63,807 bases of DNA, filler included, from Chrysochromulina tobinii (GCA_001275005.1; 7 parts of 7 records of this genome joined end to end with filler, not necessarily neighbours in it), one strand, 5' to 3'; counted from the whole stretch's first letter, positions 1-12,323 are shown. Notes: generated by a model from the letters alone, not told the origin. Program-made: numbers and translations.

Positions 1-60
1 TCCCTCCCTCCCTCCTCCCTCCCCCTCCCTCCTCACTCCTCCTCCACTCCTCCTCCTCAC

Positions 61-3053
61 TCACCCCCCCCCTCGCTCCTCCCCCTCCTCCTCCTCCTCG
101 CCCGCGTCCCAAGCGACGAGGTCCTCCTCCAGGTTCTTGCCGTCGGACACCTTTGCCCACTCCTCCGCCATCTCGTCGTCGTCAGCACCATTTGCCCGCG
201 GCCGCTTCGGCGCGTTGCCCCCATACCAGCGAATGAGCACCGACCGGTTGGTGACGGAGAGCGCTGCGAAGTCGCCATCACACTGCTCCACGAGCTTGCG
301 CAGCACCCCTGCGGCGCGCTCCTCGAAGGCGGCCCGCTCGCTGTCCAGCGCCGCCTGCTTCTTGGCAGCCTTGTCCGCCTGGCGCGCCTCCGCGTCGGTC
401 TTCTTTTTGGCGGCGGCGGCGGCGCGGTCGGCACGAAGCTGCACGTTCTGCTCGTGGGCCTCGTGCCCGGTGGCACCACGCCCGGTATTCGGAGCCGTCG
501 GCACCCCCTTGCGCCGCTTCTTGGCGGCCTCCCCCTGCCCAGAGAGTGAATCGAAATTTTCAGTTGGGTGCCAGAGGGGATTGGGAGGGGTTGTTGGATC
601 TTGAATGAACAGACCTGCATGACGGTGGAGGCATGGTTGGCCAGCTTCTCAGCCATGGCGCTGACGAGGGTGAGCGAGTTCAGCAGTGATGTGGTGAGCG
701 CGACCGAGCAGCGCACCAGCACGCCATCGATCACGACGGGCGGCGGCGTTGCATGCAGCACGCGGACCTGGCGCCAGAGCTCGGCATCCAGCTCGCCCGT
801 CTCCTTCACGCGCGCCTCCACGCGCGCGCGCAGCTCCTCAAGCTGTGCCTCATGCAGCTGTTTCGCCTGCTCTGCCACCAGGGCCAGCTTGAGCCGGCGC
901 TCGCGGGCCTGCTGCTTCGCTAGGCTCACGCTGCTACTGCTCCCCACCTCCCGCGCCAGCCGGTACTGCAAGCACACCCTCTTGACATCCTCATCACAGT
1001 GGTCCTCCAGCTGTGAAGTGAAGAGTGTCACTGCCTCACCATCCTCATCGGTGGGGGTGATCACGATGCGCGTGCCACGGCGCTGCGCCACCGCGGTGAC
1101 TTCAAGGGCCTTCACGTCGAAGTCGTCGGTGGCGCCGCGCAGCTCAACACTCATGGTGCGTGCGTCTCGCAGCGCCGTCAGCAGGCGCTCGCTGCGCTCC
1201 GCCTGGAGCATCTGCTCGGCGGAGAGGCCGAGCACCAGCCGCAACGGCGCAGCTGCTGGCTGCATGTCCACGTCCTCATCGGCATGGGCGCTTGCAGCAT
1301 CGCTGGCGGCATCCTCCTCAGCAGCAGCAGCATCTGCCGCCGCAAAGATGGCGGCGCGGATGGTGCGCAGCGATGTGTGGAGCATTGACCCCTCGCCGAA
1401 CGTGGCGATCGCGGCCGTCCACATCTCGCAGTTGGGGTTCAGCTTACCGCCCAATCCGACGCGCCGCCACGCCGACTTGATGGCATTGGTGCGCGCCGCC
1501 GAGCTCAACCCCTCCGCGAGCTCCTTGCGCCAGGCGACGACCGAGGCCCGGAAGACCGCGTTGAACGCCTCCTTGCCCTTTGCGGTCTCGATGGACGCCG
1601 ACTGCTCGCGCACGATGGTGCCGAACCAGTGCTTGGCTGCTGCATTGCAGCCCGCGTCGTTGGGCTGCGACCAGATGGTCGTGTGCGACGGCACGCAAAT
1701 CGGAAAGATGTTGTTCTCCATCAAGTAGGCGAAGGCGCTGGGGCCCCAGCGGGACGCGTGCGCGTCGATGAAGAGCAGCACGGGCTGGCCACCCTCCTTG
1801 ATCACGACACCGTTGTCCTCGATGCGCCCGCCCTGCGTGGGCAGCACGCAGTACTCGTTGAAATGGCGGCACCAAAAAGGGAACTCCTCGAGGGTCATGG
1901 AGCCGTTGGGGGTCACGCCAATGCCGATGTTGAGCGTCTCACCGTCAGGAGCACCTGCATCGAGAAGATTGCTCTTGTCGGCATCTTTTGGCTCCAGCCG
2001 CTTCACCTCCTCGCCGGCCTTGCGCTTCGCAGCTGCCTTCTTGGCGCTGCCGCCGCCGCGCGCCTTGAGCAGATACGTCGCGCAGAGGCGGCCATCCGCG
2101 CAGGTCGTCATGCCATCGGTGACGTGGACGGCCATCTTGCCATCGTGGCCGAGGTCGAAGAGGCGGCGCAGCGCCGGGTCGTTCCGCTTCGAGGCCAGCA
2201 CCTTTGCACGGCCCTTCTCCGGGTTGGGCGCCTCCTCATCATAGTTGTACTTGCAGCTGTCGGGGATGTGGTCGTACGTGGCCCATGGGATCAGGCCACG
2301 AGCATGGAGCTCGCGCACATATGTTTCGACGAGGCCGAACCATTCGTCGCGGATCTCGACGGTGGCCTTGATGGCGCGCTCCTTGGAGATCGAGGAGGTC
2401 TTGTACACCTTGACGCCCACGCGCTTCGCCCACTTGCGCACGAAGGTGAGCGTGGGCTTGTAGAGGTGGCCCGAAAAGGGGTCCTTGAGATCCTCCTTGG
2501 CGATGAATATGTTCATGATGTCGCGCACCGTGATGAAGTCAAGGCCCAAGCCGCTGGCAGCAGCCAGGTCACAGCCCTCCTTGATGAGCGCGTCATCCTG
2601 CTCCGAGAAGATGCGCCGCGCGGCGAAGTCGTCGTTGCCCTTCACCGCGAACTCGTACGCGGCGATGTAGTCCGAGCGCACGAGCCAGCGATCGAGGCCG
2701 AAGCCCGCCTGATCGCGATCGGGCCCATCGAGCGCCCACACCTGCTCCATCAGACGCGTCAGCGAGCGTCGCATCGACGGGACGCCCTGCAGCCGCGCCG
2801 CCGCCGCCGCCGCCAGCGGCTTGCCGCTCTTGGCAGCCGCGAGGATGCTGTGCGCCGCGAGGCGGAGCTGCTCGATGGTGTACTGCCGCTCCGCACAGCC
2901 GGCCTTGGCGGAGGTGCACGTGCGCGGGGTTGCCAAGTCGGAGCCTAGCGTGGCCTTCTGAAGCGCAGATATCGGCGTGGCAACTGGCGCGAACGGGTGC
3001 TCCTGCAGTGCGGAGACGCCGGATGCCTCGAGGAAGGTGCAGTCGAAGCGCAT
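61..3053 (-). mobile_element. pogo/Fot1-like (Tc1/mariner superfamily, DDE_1) DD35D transposase, 2 exons: complement(join(61..534,615..3053)), ~970 aa
   Basis: Motifs YNYDEE, LLFIDAHASR and VPSHTTIWSQPND, with 35 residues between the second and third Asp. A GT..AG intron at 535-614 joins the long ORF in frame to the 61..504 ORF (MQ|GEAAKKRRKG). Confidence 0.85.
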
Positions 3054-3823
3054 GTAGCTCTGCAGCCGCGGGTCTCGTCCAGCTGAATGACGTAGGATTC
3101 CTAGCAGAGACGCCGCTGGTAAGAGTGCTCGCGATGTGCGAGCTTCTGCTCACGCACCGCGGTGCATGCATTCTGCGCCCGAGACGGCGTGGCATCGGTG
3201 TCACCGCACTCGGCTTGAGCGGACTGCAGCGACCCGCAGTGAGCGGCATGAGCCAGCGCGCTGAGCGAGCGCGCTTTGAGACTGCGCTAGCGGACTCGCC
3301 AGCGCGCGGAGGAAGCGAACTGTGAAGCGAAACCGAAAGCGAATCCGCGAGCGCGCGCGCTCGCGCGCTCGCTCGCCAGCGCGCTCGCGAGCGCCCCCCA
3401 CCCTCGCTGGCCCCCGCTAGCGAGCGGCCACTCTAGGAACGAGCGGACACTCTGTGGGTAACACCTTCCTACTCGACTGTACGTTTATGGAAACCGCAGG
3501 TCATGCACGGTGTCTTGAGTGTCGAATATAACCATTGGACGTGAAAAGAGACGCGCTACGTATCGGTACACAGCCAAAGAGCTCTGGGTTGCGGATCTAC
3601 TCAGTACTATTGTAGGCCGTTTTGCGTTTTCTCCCGCCCGGGCGCGTTCGGCGCGGCAAGCGCGCAGAGCGCGCGCAGTACCGAGCTCGGTACGAACGCC
3701 ACACTTTTGGCTGATCAGATACTTTGGGCGCCCGTGGCCAGATCGGCGCAGTCAAACAGCATGTCTAAGTCAGTCGCTTTCCGCACGACGCGGCCCCGTC
3801 AAATTATCCCACAGAATCCCGAA

Positions 3824-4660
3824 TCAATATGGGTGTCTTTTTTCGTCGTAGCGGAACGATGCGCCAGATTTGGATACGTCAAATGATCCAAGGACTCGCC
3901 GCGAGGCTGTGCCGTCGCCTCGAAACTGGCCTTCAATCCCAAGCCCGCCAGTGCCAAAGCCCCCATCTCCCATAGGTCGCAACAAACCTTTCGGCCAATC
4001 CTGAAAGAAGCCCAGCTGCGCCGAGTTCCACCGCGGCTCCCTTGACAAGGTCTGGGGAACCAGCGTACGTCTTGAGGCGTCGATACGCATCGAGAGTGAC
4101 AACTCAGCGCGCTCCTGCAGCGAGCGCTCGAGCATCTCCCGTTCGCGTGCGTTCACTGGCGACCACGGAGGCGCTCGAGGATTGCGATGGGACACTGACG
4201 CCTCCAGCGGAAGCCCCAGCTTCGAGACAGATGCGCGAAACTTCCCCGGCGCGGACGCGGACTCGGGAAGCGAGTGCATCTTCCACGAGGACGTAGGGAT
4301 GAGCAGGCACTCAGGTATCGAGGGCTCACGGCCCGGTACAGAAAGGAGCTCCGCAGAGCTCGCTGGCCGCGAGAGCGTCACGTTATGGCGCGCGATCTGG
4401 ATATGCTTCGGGGTGTTCAGCCGCTTGTGCGCGGGTTTGTCGTCGAATGCGTCACGTTCGAGCTTATCCGCGATTTCTTTCAGCTGCCGCAGGTTGGCCA
4501 TCGAGCAAAGCGGCGCTTCATCCATGAGAGTCCCGCTTCCTTCCGACAAAACGGTTTCACTTCGCAGGATTGTTTTTGGCGGCCTCTTCAACTTCAACTC
4601 CAAGCCCCCCCGGCGTAGAAACGGTGTGTGCCGAATTGTCGATTCGTCTTTTCTTGACAC
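3824..4660 (-). CDS. hypothetical protein (278 aa)
   Basis: Open frame with ordinary composition. No recognisable motif, and the start is uncertain. Confidence 0.4.
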   Translation of the reverse strand: MSRKDESTIRHTPFLRRGGLELKLKRPPKTILRSETVLSEGSGTLMDEAPLCSMANLRQLKEIADKLERDAFDDKPAHKRLNTPKHIQIARHNVTLSRPASSAELLSVPGREPSIPECLLIPTSSWKMHSLPESASAPGKFRASVSKLGLPLEASVSHRNPRAPPWSPVNAREREMLERSLQERAELSLSMRIDASRRTLVPQTLSREPRWNSAQLGFFQDWPKGLLRPMGDGGFGTGGLGIEGQFRGDGTASRRVLGSFDVSKSGASFRYDEKRHPY

Positions 4661-5284
4661 TTGACTCTTGAGGGTCCGATCCTCATTTTTGATGTTCTCT
4701 CAAGGGCTCTCAAGTGTTCTCTCCCGGACACGTGTCTAAGTATTCTACATGTAGTATTGAGCAATTGACGTGTAAGCTCGTTAAGGGACTGATTATTTAT
4801 AGTGCCGCGGACGCTCGCCATCGACTACGTACTAGTGAATCATTTAATTGGGGGAAGCTCCAGGATTACAACAGGGACGAGCGGGAGAGACACATGAAAA
4901 ATGTCAAAAACTCAAATGAGGCGCAGACGTCTGACGTGCATCGGGCTGTCGTTCCACTATCGACTATGCACTACGACCCGGCCCGGAACGTTCTATGTAC
5001 TCGTGACCATTGTTTCGCTGAGCGTCCTCTTGAATGGCTCATCCCACATCCGTATAACGCATCCGTTCGGCTCTTCCTGGCGAGAACGGTTTCACACACA
5101 GTGACTGACAACACAATACTGACCACTGTGCACTGAGAAGATCTTGAACTGAGCATTAGTGGCCTGGGGCCTCGCTGCGCGCCACTGGTCGCGACTTTGG
5201 CGCCGCCATCCAGGAACCAGGATCTCTACTGTCTGGCTCGTCCGCACACGGCACAGCTCACTAGACAAAGGGCACTCGCACAGC

Positions 5285-7051
5285 TCACAGAGAATCAACA
5301 CCGAGTGTGAGTGCCCAATCGGCGGCAGCACGAGCAGGCACGACGGATTGGGCCGCACGATGTGGTCGCGTGCACGGGGGCGAGCCAGTGTGGGGGCTCG
5401 CGTACTGCCTGTACCCACGCTTGGCCTCGGCTGGCGTGAGAAAAGGCTGCTTGTTGGCCTTGGAAGCGGTGAGAGCTCGCAGGGCCGCCCGCGCCTCACG
5501 CTGCTCGGCCCGCGCCTCACGCCGCTCGTCACGCGTATGTGGCACCTGAGCAGCGGCCACGGCCTGCGGCGCTCCGACCCGCCCGTGGTGCGGGTGGTCG
5601 CCTTGGCACGGAGTCCACAGCAGCATCTGTGTATGTGGATGATGATGATGATGGCTGCCCGGATGATGCGCCTCGGACATGGACTGGATTCTTTCCAGGA
5701 CTGGATGCGCCTCTGGATGCGCCTCAACCTGTGGCGTCGCAACCAACGGCGAGCGGAAGCGCAAGAAAGGTGAGTCAGAGTCTCTATTGCTGCCGAGGCT
5801 GTGTACTCCTTCGTTGTTGCTGCTGCTACTGCTTGCGGCAGATAAGGCCCCACGCTGTGGTGTGAATGCTCCGTGCGCAGGCGGTTGAAGCTCCTCGTTC
5901 ACGGATGGTAGCGGCCCTTCGAGCACCTTCGCGGCCGCGTCGGTGCTGGTGGTGGAGGGCCGCCGGTCCTTGCTCGCAGCGGCGATGACCGCGGCGGAGG
6001 CAGGCACCTTCGCGGACCAGGCAGGCATGCTGGCGGCAGCATGCGAGGCGGGCGGGCTCTTGCTGGAGGCAGCATGCGAGGGAGCTGGGGCAGCAGCCCC
6101 CGCAGCAGCCTCGATGGTCACGCTCGCAGCCGCCGCCTCGAGGTGGGAAAGCAGATAGTCGGCTGGACGCTCCCACTGCACCTGCTGACAGTGCTGTCTG
6201 TAGTAGTATGTACAACCGGTGGCCTGGTCTGTCACAGTGAGCCACGGATCGGCTGCGATCGGCGGCCGCGGCGGCGGCGGCGGTGGCGGTGGCGGCGGGG
6301 GGGGCGCCACGTGGCACGGTGCGGCGGTGGCACGAGGCGGCTGCTGCCCGTCTCTGAAGCATATCTGACCGGCGGACGGTGGGGGCGGTGGTGGGGGGGG
6401 CGAGTCGACCACACCGAAGCCCGTCGCGATGGTGATGATGTGCGGCGTCGCCTTAGCGCCAAGGTGGCGTTCGATGGTCTCAGGTGTGTCCAGCATCCCA
6501 AGGTATGATTCCTGGTTGTGCCAGTACTCGTTCGCGAGCAGGGCGAGTTTTGCATACGAGGTGCGCAGGTGTTTCTCGAGACCCTGCTCGAGCAGCTTCG
6601 AGAGAGACTGGTAATGGATGTGGCACTCGATCTCGATGCTGTAGTATATGCGGCATGACTTGGCCGTGAGCGGCTTCGCCCACGTCTGACCGCGAATGAC
6701 CACCTTCTTGCGGGTCAAGCCAACTGGAGTCGTCTCGAAGGTGAGCGGATGATCGCGATCGTAGCGCTTCCGCCACCACGAGGCGCGCGATGCGAACGTG
6801 TAGCTCGTTGTTCCGAGCAAGACCTGCAGCGCGGGCGGCAGCGGACTCTCCTCGGCAGTCACCTCGGTCATGAGCAGCACGGTCTCTCCTCCTGTGGCAT
6901 CATGGCCATGCTCGAGGCTCGTGATGTGATATGCACCGCCCTCGACCTGCTCGGCGCAGACGCGCTCGAAGTTCGCGTTCGTCTTGAGCGACCAGTAGTC
7001 GCCCGCCGAGAGCTGGATCACGACCGAGGTCTCGAAATGGCGCATGTTCAA
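5285..7051 (-). CDS. START/SRPBCC-like N-terminal domain + proline-rich linker + WW domain protein (588 aa)
   Basis: WW motif WLTVTDQATGCTYYYRQHCQQVQWERP. The N-terminal 180 aa have a helix-grip-like pattern (TFETTP..VVIRGQTW..CRIYYSIEIEC..LLEQGLEKHLRTSY). Confidence 0.65.
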   Translation of the reverse strand: MNMRHFETSVVIQLSAGDYWSLKTNANFERVCAEQVEGGAYHITSLEHGHDATGGETVLLMTEVTAEESPLPPALQVLLGTTSYTFASRASWWRKRYDRDHPLTFETTPVGLTRKKVVIRGQTWAKPLTAKSCRIYYSIEIECHIHYQSLSKLLEQGLEKHLRTSYAKLALLANEYWHNQESYLGMLDTPETIERHLGAKATPHIITIATGFGVVDSPPPPPPPPSAGQICFRDGQQPPRATAAPCHVAPPPPPPPPPPPPRPPIAADPWLTVTDQATGCTYYYRQHCQQVQWERPADYLLSHLEAAAASVTIEAAAGAAAPAPSHAASSKSPPASHAAASMPAWSAKVPASAAVIAAASKDRRPSTTSTDAAAKVLEGPLPSVNEELQPPAHGAFTPQRGALSAASSSSSNNEGVHSLGSNRDSDSPFLRFRSPLVATPQVEAHPEAHPVLERIQSMSEAHHPGSHHHHHPHTQMLLWTPCQGDHPHHGRVGAPQAVAAAQVPHTRDERREARAEQREARAALRALTASKANKQPFLTPAEAKRGYRQYASPHTGSPPCTRPHRAAQSVVPARAAADWALTLGVDSL

Positions 7052-7236
7052 ACAAGCTCATCGCAGGTGTGATCAGTAGGTGTGAATGAGGACTCCCCGG
7101 AGGCGAGCCGACCTTCCGGTCCGGCCGAGCATGCATGCAAATACTGCCCAATTTACATATCGGGCATCGTAATGTACGCTGAGCGCTGATCGACACAAAC
7201 GCTCGCCTCGTCCGCGTCGGCGGCCGGAGAATCGGG

Positions 7237-8884
7237 ATGGCGGCGGTGGAACATGCTGTCTTCGGTATCGACGCGGCGGATCCGGCGGGCAGCCTCCTCA
7301 CGTGCGTCAAGGAGCTCTTTGACAACGCGCTCGATGCGTGTGCGGCGCACGCCACTGGCCGCATCGACGTCAGCGTCGAGCCGCTCGACGCTGACGGCTC
7401 GCTCTTCCGTGTAAAGGTGACTGACGATGGCTGTGGATTCGAATCAGGGGTCCTGTCCGTGCGCGCGACGGAGCTCTTTGCGAGCTCGAAGGGTTCATCC
7501 AAGGAGCTTGGCGGCGCCAGCGCCGGGGCGTTCGGAGTAGGTCTCAAAGCTGTGATGCTGTGGGCGCAAGCCTCATCCCAAGGCAGGTGCATCGAGATCA
7601 AGACCACCACGCGTGCTGCCGCGGATCTCAGCGTCCTGCGCGTGAAGTTCGACGGTGGAGGTACACACGAGACCGTCTCAACCTCGAGAGCAGGCGGCAG
7701 CTCTGTTGCCATGCTGCACCCCAGCCTCGAGCAGACGAGCGAGCCCAAGCCCCGAAACGCATCCTTCTCCGGCACGATGGTGAGCTTCACGCTTGGCGGC
7801 GGCCCGGCAGCCATCGAACGACTCGCTACCTACTTCACGTGCTGCTCCGCCTACCTGAGCCCCACCGCTCTCACCATCTCCGTGCGGCTACCCGACGCAT
7901 CCCGCATGCACGAGCTGCGCGACGGACGATGCGAATGGTGGACTCACACCCTCCACGTGCCGGCCATCTCCCTCGATGGGATCTACGTCGCAGAAGCTCT
8001 GTCCGGCGCCTCGCCCCCCGTGCTCCCTGGCGTGCGAGAGCTTCTCGAGACCTGGCTTGATCAGCACGAGGACGGCCGCACTGGCGGCGGCGATGACGAC
8101 GATCGCCGCCGATGCCTGCGTGGGATCGGCGAAGGCGTATGCGTCCTCAACGCCAGCTCGACTGTGCATGCCACGGTGCTTCTCTCGGCCGTCGGCACCG
8201 CCGAAGCGCCCGACGTGCCGCCCGGGAGCACCGTGACGAGCGCTGTACCCGAGCTGCTCTTTCCCACGCTGAGCACCGTCGTCTTCCTCAACAACAAGCT
8301 GCTTGGCGAACCAGGCGAGGCTCTCTCAGCCAGATGTGCGAGCATAGCCGGCCTGCGGAAGACTCAGTGGAAGCGCGAGTGCGGCCTCGCTCTTCAGTCA
8401 GCGGGAGATGCGATCCAGCTGAGCGGTGAAAAGGGTTGCCCCATGCGCGGGCTGCGCATAGCGCTGCACTTGCGCAGCGCACAGCACTGCCCCCTCGTGC
8501 GTTTCGGTGACCTGGCGAAAACCTATGTGATGCCGCGCAAGCCGCTGGTCAGCGCGATCGCCAAGGCGATCGAGGGCGCGCTGCGGCGTGCGCACCAGGC
8601 GCTCGTGGTGCAGGGCTGTCCAGTGGCCAAGAGCGATCGGCAGGCGCGTGAGGACCGTCAGAGTGCCGCAGCGATTGCGTCGAGCATCGGCGGCATGGTG
8701 AGCCGCTCATGCAATCGGAGTCTCCTGCGCGAGTGCTGCGAGGCACTGCAGCTAGGCGATGAGGCCGAGGACACGCTCGACGGGGTTGCCCGGACGGCGG
8801 GTCTCGCAACCGACGTGACCGCGGCCCTGCTCAAGTTCCTTGAGTGTGACTGGAGTGAAGTCCTCGATTCGCGGAGCCGCGGTA

Positions 8885-8926
<42 letters not shown>

Positions 8927-9234
8927 TCCGAGGTGGCGGCGGCGGCCGAGGTGGCAGCGATGGCAGTTGCAGCGATGACAGTGGCCAACCCGACGAGAAC
9001 TGTGGCGGCGGCGAGGCCGTGAGCGGCAGCCGCGATCGCGACGATCGAGGCCCTCAAGCCATCCCAGCACCGGCCCGCGCAGGCGCGCCGTCACGAGCGA
9101 AGAAGCGAACAGTTCGCGAGGAGTTGGCGCGGGGCAGCTGCTCGCGTACTGCTTCGGCTGATGCGCCAGCAAGAGTAGGCGCGGAGGCCGTGGCTCTCGA
9201 AGAGCCGCTTGATGATTGGCTGTGGAACGAATGA
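7237..9234 (+). CDS. TOP6B: DNA topoisomerase VI subunit B-like GHKL protein (665 aa)
   Basis: Bergerat-fold motifs SLLTCVKELFDNALDAC, VTDDGCG and GAFGVGLKAV, followed by a transducer-like region (VVFLNNKLL, VRFGDLAKTYV, IAKAIEGAL). Confidence 0.75.
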
Positions 9235-10184
9235 TGGAACGAAGACGACAGCCTTGACGTGTGGTGATTAAAGGAGCGCAGTCTTTAGACATCGAGCCCG
9301 AGGCTCGCGAGGCTGTCGCGAGGCTGTCGCGGGTGGCATGGGCTGGCGAGGCCGCCACGGGGGGTAAGGTGCACAGCGACGACGAGAGCATGTACCGGCT
9401 TACCGCCACACGCACACCCTCCGGCCTCACGGAGAGATCTGAGTTGGACGAGAGCGAGCGAGACGAGAGGTACGACGGTAACTGGGTACGCGGTGAACGG
9501 ACGAGCATTCAAGCAAAACCGGGTACCAAGGACGCCACCCGAGACGGACCGCGTGTTGGTCCGTATCACGGTGTTCGTGTACGTGTAGTCTGTAGAGCCA
9601 CAAGTTAGTCCCCCCGGTCCGAACTCACGCGACGGACGAGGCCGCCACGCGCGTATAGAACGCGCGTCGCGTCTCGCGTGGGCGCGGCGTGACGGTCGCC
9701 GATTCGGCGTGCTCCGGGTCCGGTCGGCGTCCCGCCGTGTGCGTGGCCCGCCGCGGACGGTGGCGCTCGCGAGCCCGCTCAGCCGCTCTGGCTCTCCCCG
9801 CGTCGACCGACGCGGCCGTCGTGGCGGGCCGTGAGCCCGCGGCGCGCCGGCTGTAGAGAGCGAGCGTGGCTGCAGGTGGGGCGCGGAGCTGCTCGTTAGT
9901 CGTTAAGATTCGCTGCCGATGGCCGATCTGCCAGTGCCGCGTGACGGAGAGGTGGCACACCGCGCAGAGCCTGGCCGAGAGCCGAGCGATAATCGATGGG
10001 GGGCCGCGTGGGCCGCTCGAACAGTTGGTTTTTTCCCAAGGGGGAAGGGGAGGGATTAATATCTGGATTTGCACACAATCCTCATACCCTGATATTCAAT
10101 ACTGAGTGTGGAGCGTCGGCAGTTCGTGCCCAGCCGGCCCCCTGCAGGCATGCCTGCAGGCCCTCGCCTGCCGAAGCGGCACGG

Positions 10185-10402
10185 CACTGTGTTGAAACAC
10201 CATTGTAGGGTAACTACCTGAGTAGTGAAACCCTCCCCCTAGGTCAAAATCTCGCGCCCCACTGTGTTGAAACACCATAGGGTAACTACCTGAGTAGTGA
10301 AACCCTCCCCCTAGGTCAAAATCTCGCGCTCCACTGTGTTGAAACACCATAGGGTAACTACCTGAGTCGGTGAAACCCTCCCCCTAGGTCAAAATCTCGC
10401 GC
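10185..10402. repeat. 3 tandem copies of a ~72-75 nt unit (CACTGTGTTGAAACACCAT..AGGGTAACTACCTGAGT..GTGAAACCCTCCCCCTAGGTCAAAATCTCGCGC)
   Basis: Units start near 10185, 10260 and 10332. They are near-identical and have no spacers. Confidence 0.9.
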
Positions 10403-10673
10403 CGCCACGGTCGCACGGATCGCGTAATTACAATCGACTTTCGTTCCTTAAAAATCTGTAATCTCCACGAAATTACACGGTCCCGGGTCTTCCGCTTTCG
10501 GACCCGACGACGCGAAACAGGACATGGTAAGCGGTCTTCTAGTACATCGTATGATCAATGATGGCGTCGCACCTCAACGATACATCTTCAACACTTCATG
10601 CTGCAATACGGAGGACAGAATAGGGACTTCAGTCTGTGACAGGACCTTTTGACGTTATGCCCAGCTCATAGCC

Positions 10674-11396
10674 TCATACGCTGGAAGCGGCCTCAAGCTC
10701 TACGTCGTGCACTTTAGCTTCCTCTGCGCTGCTCGAACGCACCTCGGCGGCGGAGGATTCCAGCAACCTGTTGTGCGCGTGGACGATCTTGGCTGCTGTT
10801 GCCAAGATCGCAAGAGTGACGATCCCCCAGCCGAAATCGTAGAGGTCAGACACGATCTCACACATGGTCTCCGACATTCCTGGATTTCCAGTGGCGTTCA
10901 TCCGCTTAGCGCGAGCCGCCCACACCTCGGGCGCATCGCACACGGAATGCACTTCGAAGAACTTTAGGAACATTTCGAAGCACTCGAGGCCAAATAAAAC
11001 AACCAGTGTGCGGAAGAACGTGCGCAGGATCGGGATCGCGTCTGCAGCGGGCTTGTTCAGCGCACGGCAGCAGAGAACCATTACGATGAGAAGGACAGCC
11101 CGACACGCGTCCTGCAAAACGAACGCGAAGATGGTTGTCGCAGTCGAGGTCCATTCCCACAGCGGCCGAGCCACAGATATGACAATGTGAAATACACACT
11201 CAAAGGTCATCACGCCAATCGTCCACTGAATGCCACGGCGCGGGCTGCATCTGCACCACAGGCAACAGCAGCCCGAAACGGGCCGCGCATCAAACGATTT
11301 CTCGACCGCCAGGATGGGGTCATACACGCGCACAACGGGAATGCTGCCGCCGTTAAACGCGTTGACAACCGCAAAGATGGGGTTATACAGCGGCAT
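10674..11396 (-). CDS. multi-pass membrane protein (about 4 TM), probable start MPLYNP
   Basis: Four hydrophobic segments after a CCCLWC motif. The ORF-track start lies in a TTGAC microsatellite, so the first ATG was chosen instead. Confidence 0.6.
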   Translation of the reverse strand: MPLYNPIFAVVNAFNGGSIPVVRVYDPILAVEKSFDARPVSGCCCLWCRCSPRRGIQWTIGVMTFECVFHIVISVARPLWEWTSTATTIFAFVLQDACRAVLLIVMVLCCRALNKPAADAIPILRTFFRTLVVLFGLECFEMFLKFFEVHSVCDAPEVWAARAKRMNATGNPGMSETMCEIVSDLYDFGWGIVTLAILATAAKIVHAHNRLLESSAAEVRSSSAEEAKVHDVELEAASSV

Positions 11397-11461
11397 GGGG
11401 GAGCGGCGCGGCACGACTGGAATCCAAGGGGCCTTCAGCACGGCGGACCGGAAAAGGCGTG

Positions 11462-11493
11462 AAGTCAAGTCAAGTCAAGTCAAGTCAAGTCAA
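11462..11493. repeat. (AAGTC)6 pentanucleotide microsatellite
   Basis: gaagtcaagtcaagtcaagtcaagtcaagtcaa read directly. Confidence 0.9.
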
Positions 11494-12151
11494 AATGGCG
11501 GTCGCCTTTCCGCCGCCTTTGGTGCCCATCGCTGGCGCGAGCGATCGGGAGGGCAGATCTCGGCGCAACCGGCACCACTGGAAGGCCCCGAATCGGGGCA
11601 TCATCCCCATCTTCTTGTTCTTGATCATCGCGGCGCACCGAGCTTCAACATCGTGCCTTTTTCAGGAAGTCTACAGTATCCGGATACGGCAATGCAACAC
11701 GGCTCCAGGCCGACGACGGGAGCGATCGGGGGCCTGCGCGAGGGCTGCTACGATGGGCCGAGGTGTCGGTAGGATCTGGCGACCGCCGGCGCCGCGCGTC
11801 GCGCGCGCGCCGGCCCTTCTCTGACGAGTTTTTGGCTTTTTGGGGCCTGACAACGGCACGTCAATCGATTCTGGCCAGGCAACAAGGGCGGCTGGCGCGG
11901 CGGCGGCCAGAGTGGTCGAGGTCGTTTCTGCGGTGCGCCAAGGGTAGTCGACGGGGGTGTAACGGCGACGGGGGTGCTCTCGCGTCAGCGGGGCAACTTG
12001 ATTACCATCGGTATTACGCGGTATTAGCGAGACTATGCACAACTATGCAGGGTGCCAATCGATAGATCTCGGAACGTAGACCCCCGAACCGCGGAAATTC
12101 GGCTTGCATCGATTAACCGTAACCCACAAACAGCATTTCCAACTTTGTTCA

Positions 12152-12251
12152 NNNNNNNNNNNNNNNNNNNNNNNNNNNNNNNNNNNNNNNNNNNNTTAAT
12201 TAATTAANNNNNNNNNNNNNNNNNNNNNNNNNNNNNNNNNNNNNNNNNNNN
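12152..12251. other. artificial contig linker (N44-TTAATTAATTAA-N44)
   Basis: Six-frame stop linker between N runs. Confidence 0.98.
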
Positions 12252-12323
12252 GGCGGCGGCCGCGGCCCGCGCCTCGCCGGGCGGAGGGGCGCGCGCGGAG
12301 GCAGAGGGCGCGCGCGGCGAGGG

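Noticed and set aside
568..2948. Long plus-strand ORFs opposite the transposase (likewise 15149..16945, 42224..43480, 58902..60584)
   Set aside because: Antisense shadows typical of high-GC coding DNA. The real motifs are on the other strand.
4714..5136. 140-aa ORF
   Set aside because: Non-ATG start, no motif, and atypical composition.
10185..10402. CRISPR-like array
   Set aside because: Units are contiguous with no unique spacers, there are no cas genes, and the context is eukaryotic.
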